The notes below the pieces were generated by a model. It was not told where the DNA came from, did not search any database, and was given only the letters and a program-made list of their open reading frames with translations. Shown here one piece after another: positions 11,178-23,149 of a stretch of DNA of 64,000 bases (position 1 is the first letter of the stretch; every line of letters starts with the position of its first letter). Source of the DNA: Naegleria gruberi (Eukaryota). The position numbers and the translations under genes are program-made. The stretch lies in NCBI GenBank assembly GCA_000004985.1, contig GG738875.1, one strand, 5' to 3'.

Positions 11178-12740
11178 NNNNNNNNNNNNNNNNNNNNNNN
11201 NNNNNNNNNNNNNNNNNNNNNNNNNNNNNNNNNNNNNNNNNNNNNNNNNNNNNNNNNNNNNNNNNNNNNNNNNNNNNNNNNNNNNNNNNNNNNNNNNNNN
11301 NNNNNNNNNNNNNNNNNNNNNNNNNNNNNNNNNNNNNNNNNNNNNNNNNNNNNNNNNNNNNNNNNNNNNNNNNNNNNNNNNNNNNNNNNNNNNNNNNNNN
11401 NNNNNNNNNNNNNNNNNNNNNNNNNNNNNNNNNNNNNNNNNNNNNNNNNNNNNNNNNNNNNNNNNNNNNNNNNNNNNNNNNNNNNNNNNNNNNNNNNNNN
11501 NNNNNNNNNNNNNNNNNNNNNNNNNNNNNNNNNNNNNNNNNNNNNNNNNNNNNNNNNNNNNNNNNNNNNNNNNNNNNNNNNNNNNNNNNNNNNNNNNNNN
11601 NNNNNNNNNNNNNNNNNNNNNNNNNNNNNNNNNNNNNNNNNNNNNNNNNNNNNNNNNNNNNNNNNNNNNNNNNNNNNNNNNNNNNNNNNNNNNNNNNNNN
11701 NNNNNNNNNNNNNNNNNNNNNNNNNNNNNNNNNNNNNNNNNNNNNNNNNNNNNNNNNNNNNNNNNNNNNNNNNNNNNNNNNNNNNNNNNNNNNNNNNNNN
11801 NNNNNNNNNNNNNNNNNNNNNNNNNNNNNNNNNNNNNNNNNNNNNNNNNNNNNNNNNNNNNNNNNNNNNNNNNNNNNNNNNNNNNNNNNNNNNNNNNNNN
11901 NNNNNNNNNNNNNNNNNNNNNNNNNNNNNNNNNNNNNNNNNNNNNNNNNNNNNNNNNNNNNNNNNNNNNNNNNNNNNNNNNNNNNNNNNNNNNNNNNNNN
12001 NNNNNNNNNNNNNNNNNNNNNNNNNNNNNNNNNNNNNNNNNNNNNNNNNNNNNNNNNNNNNNNNNNNNNNNNNNNNNNNNNNNNNNNNNNNNNNNNNNNN
12101 NNNNNNNNNNNNNNNNNNNNNNNNNNNNNNNNNNNNNNNNNNNNNNNNNNNNNNNNNNNNNNNNNNNNNNNNNNNNNNNNNNNNNNNNNNNNNNNNNNNN
12201 NNNNNNNNNNNNNNNNNNNNNNNNNNNNNNNNNNNNNNNNNNNNNNNNNNNNNNNNNNNNNNNNNNNNNNNNNNNNNNNNNNNNNNNNNNNNNNNNNNNN
12301 NNNNNNNNNNNNNNNNNNNNNNNNNNNNNNNNNNNNNNNNNNNNNNNNNNNNNNNNNNNNNNNNNNNNNNNNNNNNNNNNNNNNNNNNNNNNNNNNNNNN
12401 NNNNNNNNNNNNNNNNNNNNNNNNNNNNNNNNNNNNNNNNNNNNNNNNNNNNNNNNNNNNNNNNNNNNNNNNNNNNNNNNNNNNNNNNNNNNNNNNNNNN
12501 NNNNNNNNNNNNNNNNNNNNNNNNNNNNNNNNNNNNNNNNNNNNNNNNNNNNNNNNNNNNNNNNNNNNNNNNNNNNNNNNNNNNNNNNNNNNNNNNNNNN
12601 NNNNNNNNNNNNNNNNNNNNNNNNNNNNNNNNNNNNNNNNNNNNNNNNNNNNNNNNNNNNNNNNNNNNNNNNNNNNNNNNNNNNNNNNNNNNNNNNNNNN
12701 NNNNNNNNNNNNNNNNNNNNNNNNNNNNNNNNNNNNNNNN
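11178..12740. other. Assembly gap (N run)
   Basis: Run of n characters. Confidence 1.
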
Positions 12741-12742
12741 AA

Positions 12743-13951
12743 ACTGAAGAAATTTTAACAGATGATGAAGATAATGATCAATCTAATAATAATTTAAATA
12801 ATTCAAATTTAAATAATAATAATTTAAATAATAATTCAAATAATTTAAAAAATTTAAAAAATTTATATAAAAAACAAATATTAAAACAAATATTTAATTT
12901 AAATTTAACATGTCAACATATAAGTATAAGCATATTTCAAAATGAAGAATATTCCAATTTATTATGGAAATATATATTTCTAAATATAGTACCTAAAAAT
13001 CATCCATTTTATAAATCTAATACAGATAATAATTATTTACAAACATGTAATAATATGAAAATATATAGAAATTGTAAATATGGTAATACAATATTTAATA
13101 ATTTTAAATTAAAATGTAAATTATATCAATCCTATAAATGGAAAGTAATTAAAAATAGTTGTAAAATAATGAACATGTCTGCATCTTCATCATTTATATT
13201 AATGAATGAAGAAGGTGAATTATTAGATGCATCTTTATTAAAAATAATTTTAATTGGAAATAGACAAATTGGTAAAACAAGTTTACTTTCCTATTATATA
13301 AATAATACAAATATAGATAAAATAGAACCTACAATTGGATTTGATTTTACATCATGTTTAATTAAAGTATATGAAAATAGATTTAATTTATATGAAAATA
13401 AATTATCAATTAAATATTCATGTGGATTACAAATATGGGATTGTTCAGATTTAGATAAAGAATCAAATGAAATATGTACAAGTGTATTTAAAGATACAGA
13501 TGCTATTATATTATGTTATGATTGTAATAATTTACAATCTTTTATTGATTTAAAACAAATTCATTATCCTTTATTAGAAAATTATATTAAATTATATAAA
13601 AATATTGAATATTTACCTAAAATTATTGTTGGTTTAAAATCTGATTTACAAAATAATGTAAATGATCAATTAGTTTTAGATTTTGTTAAACAAAATGATA
13701 TGACTTTTATTAAAACAAGTATTTTTAAAAATTTAAATAATAATTTAAATGGAAATGATAATAATTTAAATAATTTAAATAATAATTACATGTTACCATT
13801 TAATTATGTAGTATATGCTAATAGACAAGATAACATGTTATTAAATAATAATAATAATAATTATAATTATCAATTAAATGAAGGTTTAGATTTGGCTTTA
13901 TTAAACATGTTTTTAAATTATGATTATGAAGAGGAAAATAATTTAATTTAA
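12743..13951 (+). CDS. Divergent Rab-like small GTPase; ORF open from the gap edge, N-terminus in gap
   Basis: The same frame is open from 12743 to the TAA at 13951. The G1 motif is KIILIGNRQIGKTSLL, switch I is TIGFDF, G3 is the degenerate LQIWDCSD in place of WDTAGQ, and G4 is GLKSD. Possibly a pseudo-GTPase. Confidence 0.6.
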   Translation, partial: TEEILTDDEDNDQSNNNLNNSNLNNNNLNNNSNNLKNLKNLYKKQILKQIFNLNLTCQHISISIFQNEEYSNLLWKYIFLNIVPKNHPFYKSNTDNNYLQTCNNMKIYRNCKYGNTIFNNFKLKCKLYQSYKWKVIKNSCKIMNMSASSSFILMNEEGELLDASLLKIILIGNRQIGKTSLLSYYINNTNIDKIEPTIGFDFTSCLIKVYENRFNLYENKLSIKYSCGLQIWDCSDLDKESNEICTSVFKDTDAIILCYDCNNLQSFIDLKQIHYPLLENYIKLYKNIEYLPKIIVGLKSDLQNNVNDQLVLDFVKQNDMTFIKTSIFKNLNNNLNGNDNNLNNLNNNYMLPFNYVVYANRQDNMLLNNNNNNYNYQLNEGLDLALLNMFLNYDYEEENNLI

Positions 13952-14005
13952 TAAATTGTTTTTTGTTATTATTTTACAACTTGTAAATTGTAAAGTGTGA
14001 TCATA

Positions 14006-14467
14006 ATGATTGGTTTAAAATTTCCAATAAATTTTGGAAGTATAAGATTAAAAAAAATGAAGAAACGATCTTTACCATCATGGGCTTCATCATCACCTAC
14101 TTCTAATAATAATAATACTTTATCATCAACAATAATTACATCTACAACCAATAATACTACAAGTGATCAACAACAATCTACTATTACTAATAATTATGAT
14201 AATAATATAAAATCGGAAGAAGTAAATGATGATAAACAAGATGATCGTAATTATTTATCACCATTCGAAATGTCTAAAAAAAGAAAAATTGAACAAGATC
14301 AATTATTACAATCTTCTTCACAATCATCCTCTCAACCATTAGATGATAATATTAATATTACTAATAATAATAATGATCATAAAAAAGTAAATTATTCCAA
14401 TTTAATTAAACCTAATAAGGAATTAATTAACAAATATATAAATTTCTATATGAAATATCAACGTTTA
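14006..14467 (+). CDS. 5' part of the DEDDh exonuclease gene (N-terminal Ser/Asn-rich region), truncated by the gap
   Basis: The first ATG is at 14006; the track start at 13997 is a GTG. The last 87 nt before the gap (14381-14467) are identical to 17819-17905, and the protein continues ...NKYINFYMKYQRL into IILDCETSGF. Confidence 0.5.
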
Positions 14468-16040
14468 NNNNNNNNNNNNNNNNNNNNNNNNNNNNNNNNN
14501 NNNNNNNNNNNNNNNNNNNNNNNNNNNNNNNNNNNNNNNNNNNNNNNNNNNNNNNNNNNNNNNNNNNNNNNNNNNNNNNNNNNNNNNNNNNNNNNNNNNN
14601 NNNNNNNNNNNNNNNNNNNNNNNNNNNNNNNNNNNNNNNNNNNNNNNNNNNNNNNNNNNNNNNNNNNNNNNNNNNNNNNNNNNNNNNNNNNNNNNNNNNN
14701 NNNNNNNNNNNNNNNNNNNNNNNNNNNNNNNNNNNNNNNNNNNNNNNNNNNNNNNNNNNNNNNNNNNNNNNNNNNNNNNNNNNNNNNNNNNNNNNNNNNN
14801 NNNNNNNNNNNNNNNNNNNNNNNNNNNNNNNNNNNNNNNNNNNNNNNNNNNNNNNNNNNNNNNNNNNNNNNNNNNNNNNNNNNNNNNNNNNNNNNNNNNN
14901 NNNNNNNNNNNNNNNNNNNNNNNNNNNNNNNNNNNNNNNNNNNNNNNNNNNNNNNNNNNNNNNNNNNNNNNNNNNNNNNNNNNNNNNNNNNNNNNNNNNN
15001 NNNNNNNNNNNNNNNNNNNNNNNNNNNNNNNNNNNNNNNNNNNNNNNNNNNNNNNNNNNNNNNNNNNNNNNNNNNNNNNNNNNNNNNNNNNNNNNNNNNN
15101 NNNNNNNNNNNNNNNNNNNNNNNNNNNNNNNNNNNNNNNNNNNNNNNNNNNNNNNNNNNNNNNNNNNNNNNNNNNNNNNNNNNNNNNNNNNNNNNNNNNN
15201 NNNNNNNNNNNNNNNNNNNNNNNNNNNNNNNNNNNNNNNNNNNNNNNNNNNNNNNNNNNNNNNNNNNNNNNNNNNNNNNNNNNNNNNNNNNNNNNNNNNN
15301 NNNNNNNNNNNNNNNNNNNNNNNNNNNNNNNNNNNNNNNNNNNNNNNNNNNNNNNNNNNNNNNNNNNNNNNNNNNNNNNNNNNNNNNNNNNNNNNNNNNN
15401 NNNNNNNNNNNNNNNNNNNNNNNNNNNNNNNNNNNNNNNNNNNNNNNNNNNNNNNNNNNNNNNNNNNNNNNNNNNNNNNNNNNNNNNNNNNNNNNNNNNN
15501 NNNNNNNNNNNNNNNNNNNNNNNNNNNNNNNNNNNNNNNNNNNNNNNNNNNNNNNNNNNNNNNNNNNNNNNNNNNNNNNNNNNNNNNNNNNNNNNNNNNN
15601 NNNNNNNNNNNNNNNNNNNNNNNNNNNNNNNNNNNNNNNNNNNNNNNNNNNNNNNNNNNNNNNNNNNNNNNNNNNNNNNNNNNNNNNNNNNNNNNNNNNN
15701 NNNNNNNNNNNNNNNNNNNNNNNNNNNNNNNNNNNNNNNNNNNNNNNNNNNNNNNNNNNNNNNNNNNNNNNNNNNNNNNNNNNNNNNNNNNNNNNNNNNN
15801 NNNNNNNNNNNNNNNNNNNNNNNNNNNNNNNNNNNNNNNNNNNNNNNNNNNNNNNNNNNNNNNNNNNNNNNNNNNNNNNNNNNNNNNNNNNNNNNNNNNN
15901 NNNNNNNNNNNNNNNNNNNNNNNNNNNNNNNNNNNNNNNNNNNNNNNNNNNNNNNNNNNNNNNNNNNNNNNNNNNNNNNNNNNNNNNNNNNNNNNNNNNN
16001 NNNNNNNNNNNNNNNNNNNNNNNNNNNNNNNNNNNNNNTN
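14468..16040. other. Assembly gap (N run, one stray t)
   Basis: Run of n characters. Confidence 1.
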
Positions 16041-16367
16041 TTGTGAAGAACGACTTCCTCCTCTATAATATTGTTGTTGTTGTTGCGACATTTTTTAATA
16101 CTTGTTCAATTAAATTGTTAGAGAAAAGGATTCTTCTTTATAAGAGACAGCGAAGAGTGGAAGGATGAGCTAGGGTTGTTATCCCAACTTGCTCAGTTGA
16201 ATCAATGTTTTCATTTTAGATGATTAACTGCTATCATAAGGCCAGTCTGTAGTGTTGGGATAAAGACCAAAGGTTCAATTCTCTCCTCCAGTCTATCATT
16301 ATTTTTCATACAAGTTGAAATTGAAGAATTGTTTTTTAACTTGACTTGCAGAAAATTGTGCAAAAAA

Positions 16368-17720
16368 ATGTTTGAACAACAAGAACAACAACAACAATTG
16401 GTAGTTACCAACAATAACACACCCACTTCAACAGGAGGAGATACATCATTAGCAACATCAGCAACAACAACAATAACATTTGGACAAGAAATTCATGAAC
16501 ATTATAAATTTCTAACCAATCAAAAAGAATATGGTACTAAAAATCACATGAACAAATTTATTGAAAGATTTTCTAAAGAATATCATTCAAGTTCTAAACA
16601 AACACAATTATTATTTAAAGTATTACATTTAATATCTAATGATTTATTAGTAAAATTTAATAGTAGTAATCAATTAGTAAATAGTAATGATTTATTATTT
16701 GTTAAGAATCATTTATATACTATTAGTATGGTATGTACATTTTTTACAATAATATATTTAATATTTATTACAATAATTTAATTATTTATTACAATTTAAT
16801 ATAGATTGCTAGAAATATTCCATTTAGAGGAGCATTTTCTGATCATGTTGAATTATTATTAGATTCAATGAAACATTTATGTGATTTATTTAATAATTTA
16901 CAATTTATTGAATATTTAAATCAAAATAATTTAAATTTTATTGTTAAAAATAATAATACTAATAATACTAATCAAATGCAAGATAATGAAAACAAGATGA
17001 AAATGATGAAGAAGAAGATAATCCAATTTAACTATTTCTGAAAATATAATTGAAAGTATAAAAATAGAAATTATTAGAGTATTTTTTAGAAGTGTTCAAA
17101 ATTTTTCTGATGCTATTGATGTTAAATGTTCAAATTATTATACAGAATTAATATTAAAATTTATATATTTACAAATTGATGAATATGATAAAAATAGACA
17201 TACTACTATATTAATGTGTACTGACTTTTTAAGAATATTCTTTTCAGCTGTTACACATCAAGCACATATTAATTCACCTATTTTATTACAAAAAGTATTA
17301 AATTTATTTTTATTAACTAACAGTGAGAATGATAGTGTATGGTCAGATGCAGAAGAATCTGAAATTATTACTTTAATTAGTCATATTTCATTAATTTCCT
17401 TAACAAGTAAGAGATCATATTCATCAATTCAATTTGAATTATTATCATCTACAATGTATAAAGATGATCAAGATGATTTGGAATTTGAAGAAGGACCAAT
17501 TGAAAAATTATTAAAAATTGAATGTGATTTTTCAAATATTAATTTAAATTTAATTAAAAATTCCATTTCTAGAATTATTACAAAATTACAATGTAAAAAA
17601 TTACTTGATGAAGAAACATTTGAACATTGTGTATTAGCATTAAGTTATTTAGTTACAATTACAAATCCTAAAAATTTAAATTTAAATCAAGATTTTAATT
17701 TACATTTTGAATTATTTGAA
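16368..17720 (+). CDS. Large hypothetical protein, 5' part: exon 1 at 16368-16730, intron at 16731-16804, exon 2 from 16805; continues across the gap into 21128-23005
   Basis: ATG at 16368. The intron runs gtatgtacat...aatatag. All three frames are blocked around 16990-17025, so there is either a frameshift or two genes. The frame is open from 17023 to the gap edge and ends ...HFELFE. Confidence 0.4.
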
Positions 17721-17770
17721 NNNNNNNNNNNNNNNNNNNNNNNNNNNNNNNNNNNNNNNNNNNNNNNNNN
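17721..17770. other. Assembly gap
   Basis: Run of n characters. Confidence 1.
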
Positions 17771-18739
17771 GATGATAATATTAATATTAATAATAATACC
17801 ACTATTACTAATAATAATGATAATAAAAAAGTAAATTATTCCAATTTAATTAAACCTAATAAGGAATTAATTAACAAATATATAAATTTCTATATGAAAT
17901 ATCAACGTTTAATAATTTTAGATTGTGAAACAAGTGGATTTACTAAAAATGATCAAGTGATTGAATTAGCAGCAATTGAAGTTATAAATGGAATGAAAAC
18001 AGGTTTAATATTTAATACAAGAATTAAATTAAATGAAAATGTTAAAATTCATGAAAAGGCTTTTAATGTTCATCAAATAAGTGAACAAGATTTAATTACA
18101 AAACCAAATTCTAATTTTATTTATTCTAATTTTATTGAATTTTTAAAAGATAAAAATAATTTAAATACTGGTATTATTGCACATAATTTAAATTTTGATT
18201 TAAGAATGATTAAACAAGATATTTTAAAATATTTATTTAATGAAAATTTAAATGATATTAATAATTTAAATGATAAATTACCAAATATATTAATAGATAC
18301 AAATAGACATTTTTGTACAATGAATTTTTATAAAAATATAAGAGGAAAGAATAATAGTTATGATTTAGATAGTACATTACATTATTTTGGAATTAATAAA
18401 AAACAAAGACAAGATAAACATACAGCACTCATTGATACACAAGTTACTTTTGAATTATTTAAAAGTTTAAAACAATATATTGAATTAAATATTAATAATC
18501 AATCTATTAATGATTATTATTATAAATATTTATTAAATAATAATACTATCAATAGTAGTAATAATATTATTAATACTAATACTACTAATAATGGTCAAGT
18601 AAATTCATCATCATCCTCTGTCAATACTACTACAACTATTAATGTGGTGGCAGAAAATGTATCTAATGATGAAATGAATATTGATAATGAAAATTATTCA
18701 ATATTTAGTTATATTAAAGATCTATTCAAATGGTTTTAA
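17771..18739 (+). CDS. DEDDh 3'-5' exonuclease (DnaQ/epsilon-like), 3' part of the gene begun at 14006
   Basis: Exo I is ILDCETSGF (DxE), Exo II is IIAHNLNFDLRMI and Exo III is HTALIDTQVTFELF (H-x4-D). The stop is TAA at 18737-18739. Confidence 0.75.
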   Translation, partial: DDNININNNTTITNNNDNKKVNYSNLIKPNKELINKYINFYMKYQRLIILDCETSGFTKNDQVIELAAIEVINGMKTGLIFNTRIKLNENVKIHEKAFNVHQISEQDLITKPNSNFIYSNFIEFLKDKNNLNTGIIAHNLNFDLRMIKQDILKYLFNENLNDINNLNDKLPNILIDTNRHFCTMNFYKNIRGKNNSYDLDSTLHYFGINKKQRQDKHTALIDTQVTFELFKSLKQYIELNINNQSINDYYYKYLLNNNTINSSNNIINTNTTNNGQVNSSSSSVNTTTTINVVAENVSNDEMNIDNENYSIFSYIKDLFKWF

Positions 18740-18800
18740 AATGAATCATTATCAACAATTCTATCACCAACAATTCAAATCAATTCAAATCATGTCTTAT

Positions 18801-19844
18801 TCATTCTTCTTGCTGTTCATTTAATAAAATAATAAATTCTCTTGAACTTTGACCAAATGTTAAAATATCATTATTTTTTAATTCATAATATCTTGAATCA
18901 TCAATTCTTTCACCATTAATAAATGTTCCATTTGTACTTTTTAAATCAATTATAAATGGTTTAATATCTTCTTCATTATTTAAAGATGATTGTACATATC
19001 TATTTTTATCATTATTAATAATTTTTCTAAAACAAATAACAGCATGTTGACTACTACATGATGGATTTAATAATGAAATATCTGTTACATCTTGATCTCT
19101 ACCTAATAACCATGCTTTTTGTTTATATAATAAAATTGGATTTGATTTTTCATTTTTCATTTCAACAATTATCCATTTTAAATTTGTTAATTTACATTCA
19201 GGTGGTGATTGCCATTTTAATATCGTTCCTTTTTGATTCACTATATTACTTTGTAATATTAATATACCACTATTTTCAAAATTAATTCCAACATTTATAT
19301 TATTAGTACTGGATAATGTTTGATCGTTATTATCATTTAAATTATTATCATTCTTATTATTAAAAGATGATGATGATGATGAATGACTATTGAATGATGA
19401 TGATTGTTGATTAGCCTTTTTTAATTGATATAATAAATTTCTCTTTTCTCTTTCTATTTTGTTTTCTTCATATATTTCATTATATGTTCTCTTATTAGAT
19501 TGTTGTTGTTGATTAGATGGATTCAATGATGATGTAGTATTTGATGTAGTAATAGTTGATGATTTCTTATTAGAAGCAAAAGGATCAATTCTTTCAGGTG
19601 ATAATTGATTATTTCTCCATTTTGAAGTGTAATCATTTTCTCTATCTGATATTGTTTTTGTTTTATATTTATCAAATACATCATTAGATTGATTTCTTTC
19701 ATAGTTTTTACTAACTTCTTGTACGTAACGTTGTGGATCATTCCATTGATTCTTTACACTTTCATTCCATCGACTAGAATTTTGATTATTATTATTATTA
19801 GAAGAGTTTTTAAAGGCTTCAAAACCAGAAAATTCCTCTCGTTT
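18801..19844 (-). CDS. SNIP1-like FHA-domain protein; 5' end in gap
   Basis: The C-terminal FHA domain reads LLGRDQDVTDISLLNPSCSSQHAVICF...IIDLKSTNGTFINGERIDDSRYYELKNNDILTFGQSSREFIILL and aligns closely to the SNIP1 FHA domain. The frame stays open upstream to the gap; the track M at 19526 is a TTG. Confidence 0.75.
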   Translation of the reverse strand, partial: KREEFSGFEAFKNSSNNNNNQNSSRWNESVKNQWNDPQRYVQEVSKNYERNQSNDVFDKYKTKTISDRENDYTSKWRNNQLSPERIDPFASNKKSSTITTSNTTSSLNPSNQQQQSNKRTYNEIYEENKIEREKRNLLYQLKKANQQSSSFNSHSSSSSSFNNKNDNNLNDNNDQTLSSTNNINVGINFENSGILILQSNIVNQKGTILKWQSPPECKLTNLKWIIVEMKNEKSNPILLYKQKAWLLGRDQDVTDISLLNPSCSSQHAVICFRKIINNDKNRYVQSSLNNEEDIKPFIIDLKSTNGTFINGERIDDSRYYELKNNDILTFGQSSREFIILLNEQQEE

Positions 19845-21127
19845 NNNNNNNNNNNNNNNNNNNNNNNNNNNNNNNNNNNNNNNNNNNNNNNNNNNNNNNN
19901 NNNNNNNNNNNNNNNNNNNNNNNNNNNNNNNNNNNNNNNNNNNNNNNNNNNNNNNNNNNNNNNNNNNNNNNNNNNNNNNNNNNNNNNNNNNNNNNNNNNN
20001 NNNNNNNNNNNNNNNNNNNNNNNNNNNNNNNNNNNNNNNNNNNNNNNNNNNNNNNNNNNNNNNNNNNNNNNNNNNNNNNNNNNNNNNNNNNNNNNNNNNN
20101 NNNNNNNNNNNNNNNNNNNNNNNNNNNNNNNNNNNNNNNNNNNNNNNNNNNNNNNNNNNNNNNNNNNNNNNNNNNNNNNNNNNNNNNNNNNNNNNNNNNN
20201 NNNNNNNNNNNNNNNNNNNNNNNNNNNNNNNNNNNNNNNNNNNNNNNNNNNNNNNNNNNNNNNNNNNNNNNNNNNNNNNNNNNNNNNNNNNNNNNNNNNN
20301 NNNNNNNNNNNNNNNNNNNNNNNNNNNNNNNNNNNNNNNNNNNNNNNNNNNNNNNNNNNNNNNNNNNNNNNNNNNNNNNNNNNNNNNNNNNNNNNNNNNN
20401 NNNNNNNNNNNNNNNNNNNNNNNNNNNNNNNNNNNNNNNNNNNNNNNNNNNNNNNNNNNNNNNNNNNNNNNNNNNNNNNNNNNNNNNNNNNNNNNNNNNN
20501 NNNNNNNNNNNNNNNNNNNNNNNNNNNNNNNNNNNNNNNNNNNNNNNNNNNNNNNNNNNNNNNNNNNNNNNNNNNNNNNNNNNNNNNNNNNNNNNNNNNN
20601 NNNNNNNNNNNNNNNNNNNNNNNNNNNNNNNNNNNNNNNNNNNNNNNNNNNNNNNNNNNNNNNNNNNNNNNNNNNNNNNNNNNNNNNNNNNNNNNNNNNN
20701 NNNNNNNNNNNNNNNNNNNNNNNNNNNNNNNNNNNNNNNNNNNNNNNNNNNNNNNNNNNNNNNNNNNNNNNNNNNNNNNNNNNNNNNNNNNNNNNNNNNN
20801 NNNNNNNNNNNNNNNNNNNNNNNNNNNNNNNNNNNNNNNNNNNNNNNNNNNNNNNNNNNNNNNNNNNNNNNNNNNNNNNNNNNNNNNNNNNNNNNNNNNN
20901 NNNNNNNNNNNNNNNNNNNNNNNNNNNNNNNNNNNNNNNNNNNNNNNNNNNNNNNNNNNNNNNNNNNNNNNNNNNNNNNNNNNNNNNNNNNNNNNNNNNN
21001 NNNNNNNNNNNNNNNNNNNNNNNNNNNNNNNNNNNNNNNNNNNNNNNNNNNNNNNNNNNNNNNNNNNNNNNNNNNNNNNNNNNNNNNNNNNNNNNNNNNN
21101 NNNNNNNNNNNNNNNNNNNNNNNNNNN
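19845..21127. other. Assembly gap
   Basis: Run of n characters. Confidence 1.
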
Positions 21128-23005
21128 TTTTGAATTATTTGAAAAAGTTTTTTTATTTTTACAAGAATTAATTAAAAAATTAGTTGCAGATCAAAAAACT
21201 AAAATTGGTAGAACACTTGTTTTACATTTATTAAAATCATGTAGAAAATTATTACAATTTAATAATTTTGAAATTTTCATGATTGAAAAGAGAATTTTAA
21301 TTTTATTTGAATTTTTAAATTTAATTAAAAATGGTTTATCAATTGCAAATAATTCTGGAAAGAAAGTTTTTAGAAGAAAGGTACAATTATATGCTTCTAA
21401 ATTAATTAGATGTTTTATGAATTTTACAAAACAATATTTAAATTATTTTAATTTAAATTTATTTGATTATTTTAAAAATACAAATCATTTAATTTTTATT
21501 AATAATAATTTAAATAATGAAAATAATAATAATAGTAATGAAAATAATAGTAATAATAATAATTTAAATAATTTAAATGATATGAAAAAAGATTTAATTA
21601 ATATTGAAATTAAAAATGAAATTGAAAAATTTGATAATTTTAAATATTTTATTTTAAATAATCCAGTTATAGAATTAATTACAGATAGATATTTATGGTT
21701 TGAATTACATTCAGAATATTTAAATTTAATGACAGAATATTATGTAATGAAACTGAAATGTTATTTAAAAATGTAATTGAACATGTTGTTACAATAACTT
21801 TACAATTTATTACAAAAGTTAAAGATAATGCTAAAAATGTATTAAATGGTTTAACTTTAGGTTCAAGAAAGAGACAACAACAATATGAAGATGATGAAGA
21901 TGATGAAGAAGATGTTAGACAAATTAAATTTACTAAAAAAGAAGTATCTAGAGCATTTAATTTATTAACAATTTCATTACCAAATATAGGTAGTGAATTA
22001 TTTAAATTAACATATCAAGAAATTACACAAATAGCAATATTCTTTACAGAAAAGAGTTTATTAACAGTTGGTGTTGATTCAATTTGTTTATTATCAAGTT
22101 TAATTAAATCAATGAAAAAATATGATATTGAATTACTTGAAAAGGAAATGACTATATATGTTAATAAGATATTCCCAATTATTAAAGGAAATTTTAAACA
22201 AGATGAAATTACAATGATGGAAAATAGTACACAAGAAGATGATGGTGATTTTGAAACTGAAATTGCATTAACATGTATTGATTTTTATCATGCTATATTT
22301 GTTGATTTGGAATTGAGAGAATTATTATTGAAAAAATTACCAAATTTTGTTCATAATTTATTTATTAATTTATGTAATTTTGTTAATAAGGAATGTTCAT
22401 ATGAATTGGAAAGTTTAGAACGTGTTGAACAATCAAAATTAGCTTTTAGAATTTTAGAATCAATGATTGAATTTGATTTTAATAATAATATTAATAGTAA
22501 TATTAATAGTAATAGTAATAATACATCTAATAGTAATAATACATCTAATAATAATCTAGTTAAAGCAAGTGATATTAAATCATTTGTAATTACACATTTA
22601 GATGGTATTATACGTTCATTTAAAACTGATAGAGATTATCACAAAATTGCAAAATATTTGAGAGCTTTAAATTTATTCTTTAAATTAGATAGCAAGTGTG
22701 CACAATTATTAGTTGATCATTTTAATAATTCGAATGGATCTAGTAGTAACAGTTCTGGTAATAATTCTAATAAGAAACAAAATAAGAAAAAGTCTTCTAA
22801 TAGTGGTAATAGTGGTAATAGTGGTGGATCATCACAACAACAACAATTAGGTAAACAATTTAGAGATTGTTGTCAATATATTGATAATTTAAAGAAACCA
22901 TCCAAGACATTTAATGATGAAACACCTCTATTTATTAGAAATGAATTATCAAATCAATCACAAGAATTAGTTTTAAAACTTAAACATTGGGGTTTATTAC
23001 AATAA
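21128..23005 (+). CDS. Large hypothetical protein, 3' part (continuation of 16368-17720); probable frame break near 21740-21776
   Basis: The first 16 nt, ttttgaattatttgaa, are identical to 17705-17720, and the translation FELFE continues cleanly. The ORFs at 19689-21776 and 21758-23005 overlap in different frames. No domain is recognised. The protein is Asn/Ser-rich. Confidence 0.45.
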
Positions 23006-23149
23006 AATATCTCTTTTTGAAATTATCAGCATTCTTTTAACATGTTGTTCAATAACACAATGGTAATGATGATGATGAAATATTCAATCAATTCTTAATT
23101 GATCAAAAGGTCAAGCGCAAACTTTTCATCAATCAATTTATTAAAAAAT

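Noticed and set aside
13997-16168. Long track ORFs made mostly of X (13997-16168, 14427-16091, 19689-21776)
   Set aside because: They are open only because N runs translate without stops. Only the real-sequence ends are meaningful.
16140-16300. Possible tRNA or SINE near ggttcaattctctcc
   Set aside because: I could not fold a cloverleaf with a consistent acceptor, D-arm or anticodon arm. Only an imperfect inverted repeat is present.
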